A stretch of 64,000 nt of DNA from the NCBI GenBank assembly GCA_964405845.1, contig CAYOPL010000029.1, positions 31,056 through 95,055 of the forward strand, written 5' to 3'. The notes under the pieces are model-generated. The model saw only the letters and a program-made list of their open reading frames with translations. It was not told the DNA's origin and searched no databases. Origin of the DNA: an uncultured Dehalococcoidia bacterium. Its GTDB lineage: Bacteria > Chloroflexota > Dehalococcoidia > UBA6926. Shown here piece by piece: positions 47,791 to 56,834 of this stretch; the stretch's first letter is position 1, and each line of letters opens with the position of its first letter. Position numbers and translations under genes: made by a program.

Positions 47791-49053
47791 GTGCGCGACA
47801 GTGATTCACGTCAGCGTATGACGACAAACCCTCCCTATTTCCGTGTGACGAGCCCGACGGGTGGCGCTGCACCGGGGCCGCGAACCGGTGTCCTCATCAC
47901 ATCGCATGGAGAGATTCAGACACCCGCCTTTCTGCCTGTGGCAACGCAGGGCAGCGTGAAGGCGCTGTCGCCGTCCGACGTGGCCGCGTTAGGCGGACAG
48001 GTTGTTATCTGCAACGCCTATCACCTTGCGTTGCGTCCGGGTGTAGATCTAATTGAGCAGGCGGGCGGACTGCACGGATTCATGGGATGGGATCGCCCCA
48101 TCGCGACCGACTCCGGCGGCTTTCAGATGACCTCACTTGCCCATCGACTGCGCATCTCGGACGAGGCAGTTACGTTTCTTTCGCACATCGACGGTACCCA
48201 ATTCCACTTATCGCCGGAATCTGCCGTGACGCTGCAGGAGCGACTTGGCGCGGACATGATTATGTGCCTGGACCAGCCGCTGAACTACGGTGTCGATCGG
48301 GATGGAGTGGAGCGGGCGATGGCTCGCACGCATCTGTGGGCAGAGCGTTCGGCGCGCGCTCACCGCCCGGAAACCGGTCTACTGTACGGCATCGCGCAAG
48401 GCGGAACGGAGGCGGACCTGCGAGAACAGTCGTCGCGGTTTATCGCCGCGCTTGACGGGACGCAGGGGATCGCCATTGGCGGCCTGAGCCTGGGCGAGCC
48501 GAAGGACGTGATGTGGGAGATGGTCGACGTTTCCATGCCGTTGCTGCCGCCGCACAAGCCGCGTCATCTGCTGGGTGTTGGGTCGCCGGAAGACATCGTG
48601 GAGGGAGTCGCGCGGGGCATTGACACGTTTGACTGCGCTCTCCCGACGCGGGTTGCGCGGAACGGAGCGTTGTACACACCGCAGGGTCGGGTGGACATCC
48701 TCAACGCGCGATACACGCGTGAACTGGGGCCGGTGATGGAGGGATGTGATTGCCAGACGTGTGCGACGCACTCCGCCGCCTACCTCCAGCATTTGTTCAA
48801 GGCGAAGGAACTGCTGGCATATCGACTGGCGAGCATCCACAATCTGCGCTTCATCCATCGTCTGTTCGACAACGCGCGTGTCACCATTGCAGCAGGCATA
48901 TATGAACAGTTCAGGCGGGATTTTCACGCCGCATACACCCCGAGTGACGCGGCGGCGAAGGAAGAGCAGCGCGGCCTTTGGCTGCGGTCGCAGCAGGAAC
49001 GCGAACAGGCAAATCTACCGGAAGAGTGGGAGTCGGATCCGGGGCTGGACTAG
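47791..49053 (+). CDS. tgt: tRNA-guanosine(34) transglycosylase
   Basis: 420 aa; the start may be ATG 47818. Motifs: TPAFLPVATQGSVK, IATDSGGFQ, GIAIGGLSLGE, zinc site CDCQTC..H. About 35 extra acidic C-terminal residues. Confidence 0.92.
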   Translation: MRDSDSRQRMTTNPPYFRVTSPTGGAAPGPRTGVLITSHGEIQTPAFLPVATQGSVKALSPSDVAALGGQVVICNAYHLALRPGVDLIEQAGGLHGFMGWDRPIATDSGGFQMTSLAHRLRISDEAVTFLSHIDGTQFHLSPESAVTLQERLGADMIMCLDQPLNYGVDRDGVERAMARTHLWAERSARAHRPETGLLYGIAQGGTEADLREQSSRFIAALDGTQGIAIGGLSLGEPKDVMWEMVDVSMPLLPPHKPRHLLGVGSPEDIVEGVARGIDTFDCALPTRVARNGALYTPQGRVDILNARYTRELGPVMEGCDCQTCATHSAAYLQHLFKAKELLAYRLASIHNLRFIHRLFDNARVTIAAGIYEQFRRDFHAAYTPSDAAAKEEQRGLWLRSQQEREQANLPEEWESDPGLD

Positions 49054-49073
49054 ATTCGGTGGGGTAGCGGGAA

Positions 49074-49355
49074 CTAGCCGCCGGCGACGGCCGGGACAAT
49101 GCTGACCTCGTCGCCCTCTTTGAGGGGCGTTTCAAGGCCGCTGAGGAATCGTACATCCTCGCCGTTCACGTAGATATTGACGAAGCGGTGGAGTTCGCCC
49201 TCGTCGTTGAAGAGGCGTTCCTTGATACCGGGGAAACGCTCATTGAGGACTGCGAGCGCGCCATCCAGCCGATCACTGCTGGCTTCAATTTCATCGACGC
49301 CATCCGTCACGCGCCTCAAGGGCGTGGGAATCTTGACTGTGACCGGCATAGACAA
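49074..49355 (-). CDS. CysO/MoaD-type sulfur-carrier protein (beta-grasp, C-terminal GG)
   Basis: 93 aa: TVKIPTPLRR..., HRFVNIYVNGEDVRFLSGLETPLKEGDEVSIVPAVAGG. It ends in Gly-Gly and closely follows the pattern I recall for mycobacterial CysO. Confidence 0.85.
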   Translation of the reverse strand: MSMPVTVKIPTPLRRVTDGVDEIEASSDRLDGALAVLNERFPGIKERLFNDEGELHRFVNIYVNGEDVRFLSGLETPLKEGDEVSIVPAVAGG

Positions 49356-49479
49356 CTGACTCCTTTAGTTTGATTTGCGTTTGTTACTTCAGGATGTGAA
49401 CGCACCAAGCATTGCGGGGCGTTCCTCTAACTATAGCGGAACAAAGCATGAGCGTGTCTGGCACTGCGGATGCTTGGTA

Positions 49480-49755
49480 CTAATCCTTTTCAACCAGGCG
49501 GCCTGAGAGGTACTTGTGGATGACGCTGGACAGCAGCGTCTGATACGGCATTCCCTCCTCCATGGCGCGAATATGAGCCGCGTTGAAGTCGTGTTCGGTG
49601 ACACGCAGCGTCACACGCTTGGATTTCTTCAAGGTATTGCGCGCCGCAAGCCTGATACGTTCAATTTCCTGGTCGGCGTTGGCTACCCGCTTCAATTCAC
49701 CGCGCTCAAAAGCCTCAAGGATTTCCTTCTCTTCTTCGTCCAGTTTGTAGTTCAT
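49480..49755 (-). CDS. Type II antitoxin, BrnA/CopG (ribbon-helix-helix) family
   Basis: 91 aa: LDEEEKEILEAFERGELKRV..., KRVTLRVTEHDF, EGMPYQTLLSSVIHKYLSGRL. The start overlaps the toxin stop by 4 nt (ATGA). Confidence 0.75.
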   Translation of the reverse strand: MNYKLDEEEKEILEAFERGELKRVANADQEIERIRLAARNTLKKSKRVTLRVTEHDFNAAHIRAMEEGMPYQTLLSSVIHKYLSGRLVEKD

Positions 49756-50039
49756 GATTCACGCCTCCTGCCATAGGTACGCATAGCTCTGCGGCTCGGA
49801 ATAACGGTCTTCAAGAATAGCGATCCATCTTCCTGTTTGACATACGGAACGACATATAAGTAGTCGCGAATTTCCACGACGAACACCTTTTGTCCGGGAT
49901 AGCGGCCCTGATTGGGATGGTCATATAGATCTATCTCACCACGCTGTGTGACGGAGCTAACTACATCCGTAAATGAGACCCCTCGCTGTTCTAGTAGTTG
50001 CCGATTCTTTTCTTCACTCCACTGGAATCTATCTTCCAT
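49752..50039 (-). CDS. Type II toxin, BrnT (DUF497) family
   Basis: ORF 49752..50084; preferred ATG 50039 (MEDRFQWSEEKNRQLLEQRGVSFTDVV ... LFLKTVIPSRRAMRTY). Toxin-first order is typical of brnTA. Confidence 0.75.
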   Translation of the reverse strand: MEDRFQWSEEKNRQLLEQRGVSFTDVVSSVTQRGEIDLYDHPNQGRYPGQKVFVVEIRDYLYVVPYVKQEDGSLFLKTVIPSRRAMRTYGRRRES

Positions 50040-50154
50040 GGGCCAATTGTGCCATATGTGTGCTTTATTGTGCCACATTGACACCCAATAGGCACCGCAT
50101 CTCTTAGTGGCGCCAACTCAGAAGGAAATGGGAAGTGAAGGTGTGTGGGACGGC

Positions 50155-50397
50155 CTAGCCGTCGATGACGTCTCCGGGAACGGGGTCGATGCGGACGCCC
50201 TTTTCCTTGATCCACTCCATGCCGCGGTCGATTTCGTCCTGAGCCCCCTCGAGTTCAAGGACAACCCAGCCCTGATCTTCTTCAACGTTGGCGCGGCGGA
50301 TGTTTGTGACCAGCTCAAATTCACGTCCGAGAGACCAGATGAGAGGCTCCTTGATGAGCTCCGACGCGAACGTGAATCGTACCCGAGCCTTGGCCAT
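50155..50397 (-). CDS. Stand-alone NIL (ferredoxin-fold) domain protein
   Basis: 80 aa: VRFTFASELIKEPLIWSLGREFELVTNIRRANVEEDQGWVVLELEG. This matches the NIL domain known from the C-terminus of MetN. Confidence 0.75.
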   Translation of the reverse strand: MAKARVRFTFASELIKEPLIWSLGREFELVTNIRRANVEEDQGWVVLELEGAQDEIDRGMEWIKEKGVRIDPVPGDVIDG

Positions 50398-50454
50398 TGT
50401 TACCCCCGTTGTTTCCCGGCTATTCCGGTTGGTTGTGAATCCGGCGGGACGCGG

Positions 50455-51684
50455 TCAGGCGTCCTCGGCTTTGAGGGCGTCCTCAAAGTCGCGCAATGAG
50501 GCATTGATGTTGACGGTCTGCGCCACGTCCTGCACGGCCTCCTGCGTCTTGAGGCCGTTTCCGGTGATATACGCCACGGTTACCTCATCCTTTCCGATGA
50601 GACCCTTGGCAGCCAGCTTGCGCAGGACGCCGATTGTGACGCCCCCGGCCGTCTCGGCAAAGATGCCTTCTGTCTGCGCGAGGAGTTTCATGGAATCGAC
50701 GATTTCCGCGTCCGAGACGGCGTGGCCGGTGCCGTCGCTGTCCTCGATTACCTTGAGCGCGTAGTAGCCGTCGGCGGGATTGCCGATGGCAAGCGACTTG
50801 GCAACGGTATCGGGTCGCACAGGGCGAATGTCCTTGATGCCGGCGTCATAGGCGGAAACGATTGGCGATGATCCTTCCGCCTGGGCAATGTGCATCTTCG
50901 TCTTCGGCTTACTGATGATGCCGATGTCGTGAAGCTCGTTTAGTCCCTTCCAGATCTTGGTGAACATGGAGCCGGAGGCGGCGGGAACGATTGCATGGTC
51001 CGGTGCGTGCCAGCCAAGCTGCTCTGCGGCCTCATACCCCAACGTCTTGGAGCCCTCGGAGTAGTAGGGACGGACGTTGATGTTGACGAAAGCCCAGCCG
51101 TAGCGATCCGCGATCTCCGAGCATAGACGATTGACATCGTCATAGCTGCCGTTGACTGCAACAAGAGTAGGGCCATAGATAGCCGCGCCCACAACCTTGC
51201 CGAGTTCGAGATCGGCGGGGATGAAGACATAGCACCTGATCCCGGCACGGGCTGCATGGGCGGCGACGGAGCCTGCCAGGTTGCCGGTGGAGGCGCAGGC
51301 GAGGGTGTCGAAACCGAAATCACGGGCGGCAGTGGCGGCGACGGAGACAACACGGTCCTTGAATGAATACGTCGGGTTCACGCAGTCATTCTTGAGATAG
51401 AGCTCGTTGAGGCCAAGTGCCTTGCCGAGTCGGTCAGCCTTGATGAGGGGCGTGAGGCCAGCGTTGATATCGACGCGATTCTCAGGATCGGCAGGCAGCA
51501 GTTCGGCGTATCGCCACATGGAGGGCGGGCCGTTCTTGATGGAATCGCGGGACATGACGCGGGCGATGGCGTCATAGTCGTACTGAACCTCAAGCGGCCC
51601 GAAACAGAAATCACAGACGTTGACGGGCAGGAGTTCGGTCTCCCGCGAACATTCCTTGCACCTGAGCGATGTTGTGTAGGGCAT
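50455..51684 (-). CDS. Threonine-synthase-family PLP enzyme with N-terminal zinc ribbon (ThrC or MetM-like)
   Basis: 409 aa. Zinc ribbon CKEC..CDFC, PLP lysine in NPTYSFKDR, ASTGNLAGS, and the PAASGSMF loop. Confidence 0.85.
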   Translation of the reverse strand: MPYTTSLRCKECSRETELLPVNVCDFCFGPLEVQYDYDAIARVMSRDSIKNGPPSMWRYAELLPADPENRVDINAGLTPLIKADRLGKALGLNELYLKNDCVNPTYSFKDRVVSVAATAARDFGFDTLACASTGNLAGSVAAHAARAGIRCYVFIPADLELGKVVGAAIYGPTLVAVNGSYDDVNRLCSEIADRYGWAFVNINVRPYYSEGSKTLGYEAAEQLGWHAPDHAIVPAASGSMFTKIWKGLNELHDIGIISKPKTKMHIAQAEGSSPIVSAYDAGIKDIRPVRPDTVAKSLAIGNPADGYYALKVIEDSDGTGHAVSDAEIVDSMKLLAQTEGIFAETAGGVTIGVLRKLAAKGLIGKDEVTVAYITGNGLKTQEAVQDVAQTVNINASLRDFEDALKAEDA

Positions 51685-51702
51685 TAGTAATACTTCCGGT
51701 TT

Positions 51703-52134
51703 CTAGGCCCACAGGTTGGCGGGCACAAGGCGGCCGTTATAGGGGTCCGCGGCCAACGCAAAGCTCTCAAGCGTATGAGCGCCCAGGAGGGGTTGGGCAT
51801 TGTCGTCTCCAAAGGCCACCAGGGCTATTTCCCTCTCACCATTCAGCGTTATCCACGCTCGCCCCAAAGGGTATTCGACCGGACGGCCATCAGCGAGCCT
51901 CATTGAGACTGAACGATGCGGTTGGATGCCAATAGACTGCAGCAAGATGGACGGAATGATCGTGAAACTGGCTCCCGTGTCGACCATAGCCTCAAGCTCC
52001 AGCGTGCGGTCTCCATCTTCGTTTTGGACAGTGAGTTCGGAATAGAAAACCCCCACCTGCGGTTCCTCCTGCGACGTTTGCTGTTCCGGCGCAGTAGGCT
52101 CTATCCCGCGACGCTGCCTTGATGTTGACGCCAT
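51703..52134 (-). CDS. Retropepsin-like (clan AA) aspartyl protease
   Basis: ORF 51703..52218; preferred ATG 52134. Catalytic motif AMVDTGASFTIIP, with later LLGAHTLE. The size suggests a homodimeric pepsin-like half. Confidence 0.65.
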   Translation of the reverse strand: MASTSRQRRGIEPTAPEQQTSQEEPQVGVFYSELTVQNEDGDRTLELEAMVDTGASFTIIPSILLQSIGIQPHRSVSMRLADGRPVEYPLGRAWITLNGEREIALVAFGDDNAQPLLGAHTLESFALAADPYNGRLVPANLWA

Positions 52135-52260
52135 GATTACCAATCTCTGCTGCCCTGTGCGACTGAACCATTGTATCAATCGCAAGGCAGGTTGGAACCA
52201 AGAGAGGCGGGGCGGCACATCGTGCCGCCCCGCCGAATGGTCTCGTTCGAAACGCTATAA

Positions 52261-53109
52261 CTAGCGATTCTGCCAGTTGGGAGCTCGCTTCTCTGCGAAA
52301 GCGAGCGGGCCCTCCTTGGAGTCCTCGGAGCCACCGACAATACGGTTGACCCAGCCGCTGAACTGGTAGTGCTCGTCGATGAACAGGTTGCGCCAGAACT
52401 GGGCAACAGCCTTGACGCCCTGAACCGCGATGGGCGCGTTCTCCGAGATCATCTTGGCAATCTCAACGGCGCGCGGAAGGAGTTGATCCGGCTCACAAAC
52501 CTCATGAACGAGGCCGATGCGCAGGCACTCTTCCGGCGAGATGCGGTCCGCAGTCAGGCCGATGTACATGGCCTCGCCGACGGGAACCAGGCGCGGCATG
52601 AGGTGCATGCCGGAGCCGGGCATGATTCCACGCTTGACCTCGAACAGGCCCATGTAGGCCTCGGTCGAGATGATGCGGATATCGCAGTCGATTGCGCGCT
52701 CGGTGCCGCCGCCGACGGCCAGACCGTTGATGGCCGCGATGAAGGGCTTGGGCGAGCGGGCGAACTGGAAGAGGGAGCCCGTGGGGCCGGCTCCGCCGCC
52801 GCCGGAGATCTGGAACAGGCGGCGCGCCCGCTCCTCTGCGTCGATCTCGCCCTTGTCGAACGCTTCATTGACCTCGGCCGTGCGGGTGTTTCGGTCCGAC
52901 ATCTCGCGCAAGTCAGCGCCTGCGGAGAATGCGCGGCCGTTGCCCGTCACAATGCCGACCCACATGTTGCGGTCGTTGTTGAAATCGTGGAGCGCAATCT
53001 GCAGCTCCTCGTTCATGCTGCCGCCCATGGCGTTCAGCCGGTCCGGGCGGTTCATGGTGAACGTGGCGTAGTGTTCCGCCTCATTCTTCTCATACAAAAG
53101 TTCAGGCAT
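52261..53109 (-). CDS. Enoyl-CoA hydratase/isomerase (crotonase) family protein
   Basis: 282 aa. Motifs: FTMNRPDRLNAM, GNGRAFSAGADL, PFIAAINGLAVGGG. Confidence 0.88.
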   Translation of the reverse strand: MPELLYEKNEAEHYATFTMNRPDRLNAMGGSMNEELQIALHDFNNDRNMWVGIVTGNGRAFSAGADLREMSDRNTRTAEVNEAFDKGEIDAEERARRLFQISGGGGAGPTGSLFQFARSPKPFIAAINGLAVGGGTERAIDCDIRIISTEAYMGLFEVKRGIMPGSGMHLMPRLVPVGEAMYIGLTADRISPEECLRIGLVHEVCEPDQLLPRAVEIAKMISENAPIAVQGVKAVAQFWRNLFIDEHYQFSGWVNRIVGGSEDSKEGPLAFAEKRAPNWQNR

Positions 53110-53366
53110 TTGCTTCCCCTCCCACCTCTGTGGATTCTTCGTGCGTAAAGCCGCCTAAGCCTAGATTTTTGGCGGCTCCAATGTCAAGTTGACGGCGTGA
53201 TGGCGCGGCGCATCAGCTTTGACATGGTTTATAGGCGACTGGTAGGGTGAATCTGGCTTGGATAAGCCATTCAGGTGGGGAATTTCATCGTTCCGCGACG
53301 GGTATCGCTCGTACCAAGAGCAACGCCGCGCGCGGGAAACAACCACGAAACACAGGGGGAATGACC

Positions 53367-54503
53367 ATGCGTTTGACACTTTCAGCCATCAAGGCGGACG
53401 TGGGCTCAATCGGCGGCCACACAAGGCCGACAGAAGAGATGATGGACAAGGTGCGTTCCGAGGTGCAGGCCGCCATCGATCGTGGACTGCTCATCGATGG
53501 CTACGTGTTCCACGTTGGCGATGATATCGCCATCATCATGTCCCACACCCGGGGCAAGGATGACACGGAGATTCACCAGTTCGCATGGGACAGCTTCTTG
53601 GCGGCGACGGCAATCGCGCAGGAGTACGGTCTCTACGGCGCAGGGCAGGATCTGTTGGTTGACGCTCCCTCCGGAAACGTGCGCGGCGCCGGGCCCGGCG
53701 TGGCGGAGGTGGAGTTCGAGCATGAGCCGGTGCAGTCCAACAGCGCGCGTCGTGCGGAGTCGTTCATGATTTTCGCAGCGGACAAGTGTGGGCCGGGCGC
53801 GTACAACCTGCCGCTCTTTCTCGGCTTCGCTGACCCCATGTACTGCGCCGGCCTGATGCTGCCGCAAATGATCCAGGGCTTCGATTTCAACATCATCGAT
53901 ATGAACAACACGGGCGGCGACAGCCTCCTGACGCTGCACGCGCCGGACGACTACTACCAGATCACGGTGCTGCTGCGCGACAACGAGCGTTTCGGCATCG
54001 AGAGCATCACATCACGGACGCATGCCGACCAGGACGCGGTAGCGGTTTCCGCGCAGCGGCTACATAACATCGCAGGCACGTACACCGGCAAGGACGATCC
54101 CATCGCCATCGTGCGCAACCAGGGTATCTTTCCCGCGCCGGAGGAGATCCTCTCCACGTTCACGAAGGCGCATTACATCGGCGGCGACGCGCGCGGCTCC
54201 CACAACATGCCGCTGATGCCGGTGCCGATGAATACGCCTGTGACCGGGCCATATTGTCTGCCGATCGTTGAGTCGCTCGGCTTCTCGCTGAACGCTGCGG
54301 GCAAGTTCTCTGCGAACGTCGTTGATTTCTTTGACAATCCGGCGTGGGACCTCGTCCGCAACAGGGCGCAAGAGAAGGCGCTGTACATGCGCGATCAGGG
54401 ATGGTCCGGCCCGGCGATGCTTCCCTACACGGAACTGGAGTACGGCGGCTTCCGTGACATCGTGACTGGTCTGGAGGAGCGCTTCGCGTTCAAGCCGGAG
54501 TAG
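53367..54503 (+). CDS. Bifunctional fructose-1,6-bisphosphate aldolase/phosphatase (class V FBPase)
   Basis: ORF 53247..54503; start at ATG 53367 (or 53361) after GGGGGA. Motifs: MRLTLSAIKADVGSIGGHTRP, GKDDTEIH, GNVRGAGPG. Length of about 378 aa is typical of the family. Confidence 0.9.
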   Translation: MRLTLSAIKADVGSIGGHTRPTEEMMDKVRSEVQAAIDRGLLIDGYVFHVGDDIAIIMSHTRGKDDTEIHQFAWDSFLAATAIAQEYGLYGAGQDLLVDAPSGNVRGAGPGVAEVEFEHEPVQSNSARRAESFMIFAADKCGPGAYNLPLFLGFADPMYCAGLMLPQMIQGFDFNIIDMNNTGGDSLLTLHAPDDYYQITVLLRDNERFGIESITSRTHADQDAVAVSAQRLHNIAGTYTGKDDPIAIVRNQGIFPAPEEILSTFTKAHYIGGDARGSHNMPLMPVPMNTPVTGPYCLPIVESLGFSLNAAGKFSANVVDFFDNPAWDLVRNRAQEKALYMRDQGWSGPAMLPYTELEYGGFRDIVTGLEERFAFKPE

Positions 54504-54543
54504 GGGCACAGCCCACTTTTCTTGGTAAGCGACACGCATTCGT

Positions 54544-54565
54544 GGGGCGCCTCCCGGGGCGCCCC
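54544..54565 (+). terminator. GC hairpin after the FBP aldolase/phosphatase gene (weak terminator candidate)
   Basis: GGGGCGCC tcccgg GGCGCCCC. The downstream sequence is only modestly T-rich. Confidence 0.35.
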
Positions 54566-54602
54566 TACTTGTCTGGTTGGTACGGCCTAAGGTGAACAAT
54601 CA

Positions 54603-55226
54603 ATGAAACTCCTCGTTGGCACGGGGAATCCCGGCAAGGTGCGGGAGTTCCGTGAGTTGCTGGACGGGCTGCCCGTGGAGCTTGTGACTCCCGCGGATAT
54701 CGGCCTTGATATGGAAGTCGAGGAGACCGGCGACACGTTGGAAGAGAATGCGCTGATCAAGGCGCAGGCGTATGCGAATGCAGGTGGAATCCTGACGCTC
54801 GCAGACGACTCCGGCCTGTTTGTGGATGCGTTGGACGGCGCGCCCGGTGTGATCAGCGCGCGCTACGGCGCTCCTGAGGCCAAGACGGACGAGGACCGCG
54901 TGCAACTCCTCCTTCACAACCTGTCAGACGTGCCGGATGGGCAGCGTGACGCCGCATTCCGCTGCGTAATCGTGATCGCCGAACCTGGCGCAGATACGGT
55001 TCGCATAGCGAAGGGAGAGCTGAGGGGTATAATTGGACAATCTCCACGGGGGACGAGCGGGTTCGGATACGATCCGATATTTGTTGTGCCGGAGTACGGG
55101 AAGACAGTAGCCGAATTGGACTCAATAACGAAGAACGCGCTCAGCCATCGCGGTCGGGCGTCGCGCATCGCGCGGGACATCATCGCTGAGATTGCAGCCG
55201 CACACGAGGCGGAGGGAAGCGCCTGA
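54603..55226 (+). CDS. rdgB: XTP/dITP diphosphatase (non-canonical purine NTP pyrophosphatase)
   Basis: 207 aa. Motifs: [45 protein letters not shown]. Confidence 0.9.
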   Translation: MKLLVGTGNPGKVREFRELLDGLPVELVTPADIGLDMEVEETGDTLEENALIKAQAYANAGGILTLADDSGLFVDALDGAPGVISARYGAPEAKTDEDRVQLLLHNLSDVPDGQRDAAFRCVIVIAEPGADTVRIAKGELRGIIGQSPRGTSGFGYDPIFVVPEYGKTVAELDSITKNALSHRGRASRIARDIIAEIAAAHEAEGSA

Positions 55227-55228
55227 GT

Positions 55229-56269
55229 ATGACCGTCGCTGCTCCCATAAGTGTCAAGGACGTGTTCGGACGTCTGCTGCAAGACCTCCGCATCTCCGTC
55301 ACGGATCGCTGCAACTTCCGTTGCTCGTATTGCATGCCTGCTGAGATTTTCGGCGAGCGGTACGAGTTCTTGCCGCGCGACCAGATTCTGACGTTTGAAG
55401 AGATCGAGCGACTCACGCATATCTTTGCCGACCTTGGCGTAACGAAGATCCGGGTGACGGGCGGAGAGCCGTTGCTGCGCAACGGCCTTCCGGAGTTGAT
55501 TCGCATGCTTTCCGGGGTTGAGGGCATAGAAGACCTGTCGTTGACGACGAACGGCTATCTGCTTCCGCCCATGGCGAAGGAGTTACGGGAGGCGGGACTT
55601 CGGCGGGTGACCATCAGCCTGGACAGCCTGGACGACGAGACGTTCAAGCGGATGAACGGTCGCGGATTCGGCGTGGATCGTGTGTTGGAAGCCATCGAGG
55701 CGGCGGAGGATGCCGGCCTTGGCCCGATCAAGATCAACAGTGTGGTTCAGCGCGGCGTCAATGATGATTTCGTGACAGACCTCGCCAAATACTTCAAGGG
55801 CACGGACAAGATTGTGCGGTTCATCGAGTACATGGACGTGGGCACCATCAACGGCTGGAAGCTGGAAGAAGTGGTGCCGAGCAGGGAGCTTGCGGCACGC
55901 ATCAACGCCGAGACGCCCATCATTCCAATCGACAGGAACTACCGGAGTGAGACATCCTCGCGCTATGCGTATGCCGATGGCACGGGTGAGATTGGATTCA
56001 TCTCTTCCGTTTCCGAACCGTTCTGCGACGACTGCACTCGCGCCCGTCTCTCAACTGACGGCAAGCTCTACACCTGCCTCTTCACCGGCGACGGCCACGA
56101 TCTGCGCGGCCCGATGCGGGACGGTGCGACGGATGACGAGATTCTCTCGCTGATCACCAGCGTCTGGGAGGAGCGGACGGACCGCTATTCCGAGGAGCGG
56201 ACGAGCGAGACCACCGCGCTCGCGGGCAGAAAGCCGGAGCGCGTGGAGATGTACCACATCGGCGGGTAG
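55229..56269 (+). CDS. moaA: GTP 3',8-cyclase MoaA (radical SAM)
   Basis: 346 aa. Motifs: [19 protein letters not shown]-terminal cluster [20 protein letters not shown]. Confidence 0.93.
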   Translation: MTVAAPISVKDVFGRLLQDLRISVTDRCNFRCSYCMPAEIFGERYEFLPRDQILTFEEIERLTHIFADLGVTKIRVTGGEPLLRNGLPELIRMLSGVEGIEDLSLTTNGYLLPPMAKELREAGLRRVTISLDSLDDETFKRMNGRGFGVDRVLEAIEAAEDAGLGPIKINSVVQRGVNDDFVTDLAKYFKGTDKIVRFIEYMDVGTINGWKLEEVVPSRELAARINAETPIIPIDRNYRSETSSRYAYADGTGEIGFISSVSEPFCDDCTRARLSTDGKLYTCLFTGDGHDLRGPMRDGATDDEILSLITSVWEERTDRYSEERTSETTALAGRKPERVEMYHIGG

Positions 56270-56293
56270 GGCAAGGCGCTCCCGCACAATCCG

Positions 56294-56791
56294 ATGGCTG
56301 ATCAGGAGAACCCCGGGCAACTGTCCCACGTCGATCCGGCGGCAGGGCCGCGCATGGTGGACGTGGGTGACAAGGACGTTACTCGGCGAGAGGCCGTCGC
56401 GCGGGGCAGGGTGGTGATGTCGCCGGAAACACTCACGGCCATCCGTGAGCAGACCACGTCCAAGGGCGACGTTCTATCCGTCGCACAGCTAGCGGGAGTG
56501 ATGGCCGCCAAGCGCACCTCTGAATTGATTCCTCTATGTCACCCGCTGCAACTGTCTTTTGTTGGTGTGGAGCTAACTCCCGGGGAGGACGGAGCCAGCG
56601 TCGAGATTGAGGCCACCGTGCGCACGACGGGTCAGACCGGAGCCGAGATGGAGGCGTTGACGGCGGTCAGCGTCGCGGGTCTGACCGTCTACGACATGTG
56701 CAAGGCCATCGACCGCGCGATGCGTGTTGAGGCGGTGCGTCTGGTGTCCAAGTCCGGCGGCCGGAGCGGGGACCTGTGGCTGGAGGAGTAA
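56294..56791 (+). CDS. moaC: Cyclic pyranopterin monophosphate synthase MoaC
   Basis: 165 aa. Motifs: [42 protein letters not shown]. Confidence 0.93.
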   Translation: MADQENPGQLSHVDPAAGPRMVDVGDKDVTRREAVARGRVVMSPETLTAIREQTTSKGDVLSVAQLAGVMAAKRTSELIPLCHPLQLSFVGVELTPGEDGASVEIEATVRTTGQTGAEMEALTAVSVAGLTVYDMCKAIDRAMRVEAVRLVSKSGGRSGDLWLEE

Positions 56792-56834
56792 TCCCGTTTC
56801 GTGGCCAGTCAGGCAACAAGAAAGAGAACAGTCT

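Noticed and set aside
49074-49355. Reading the GG-terminated beta-grasp protein as MoaD of the molybdopterin pathway, because moaA/moaC are in the window.
   Set aside because: It is 6 kb away on the opposite strand, no moaE is adjacent, and the sequence follows the CysO-like pattern. It clusters instead with a ThrC-family PLP enzyme and a NIL protein. A dual role cannot be excluded without the rest of the genome.
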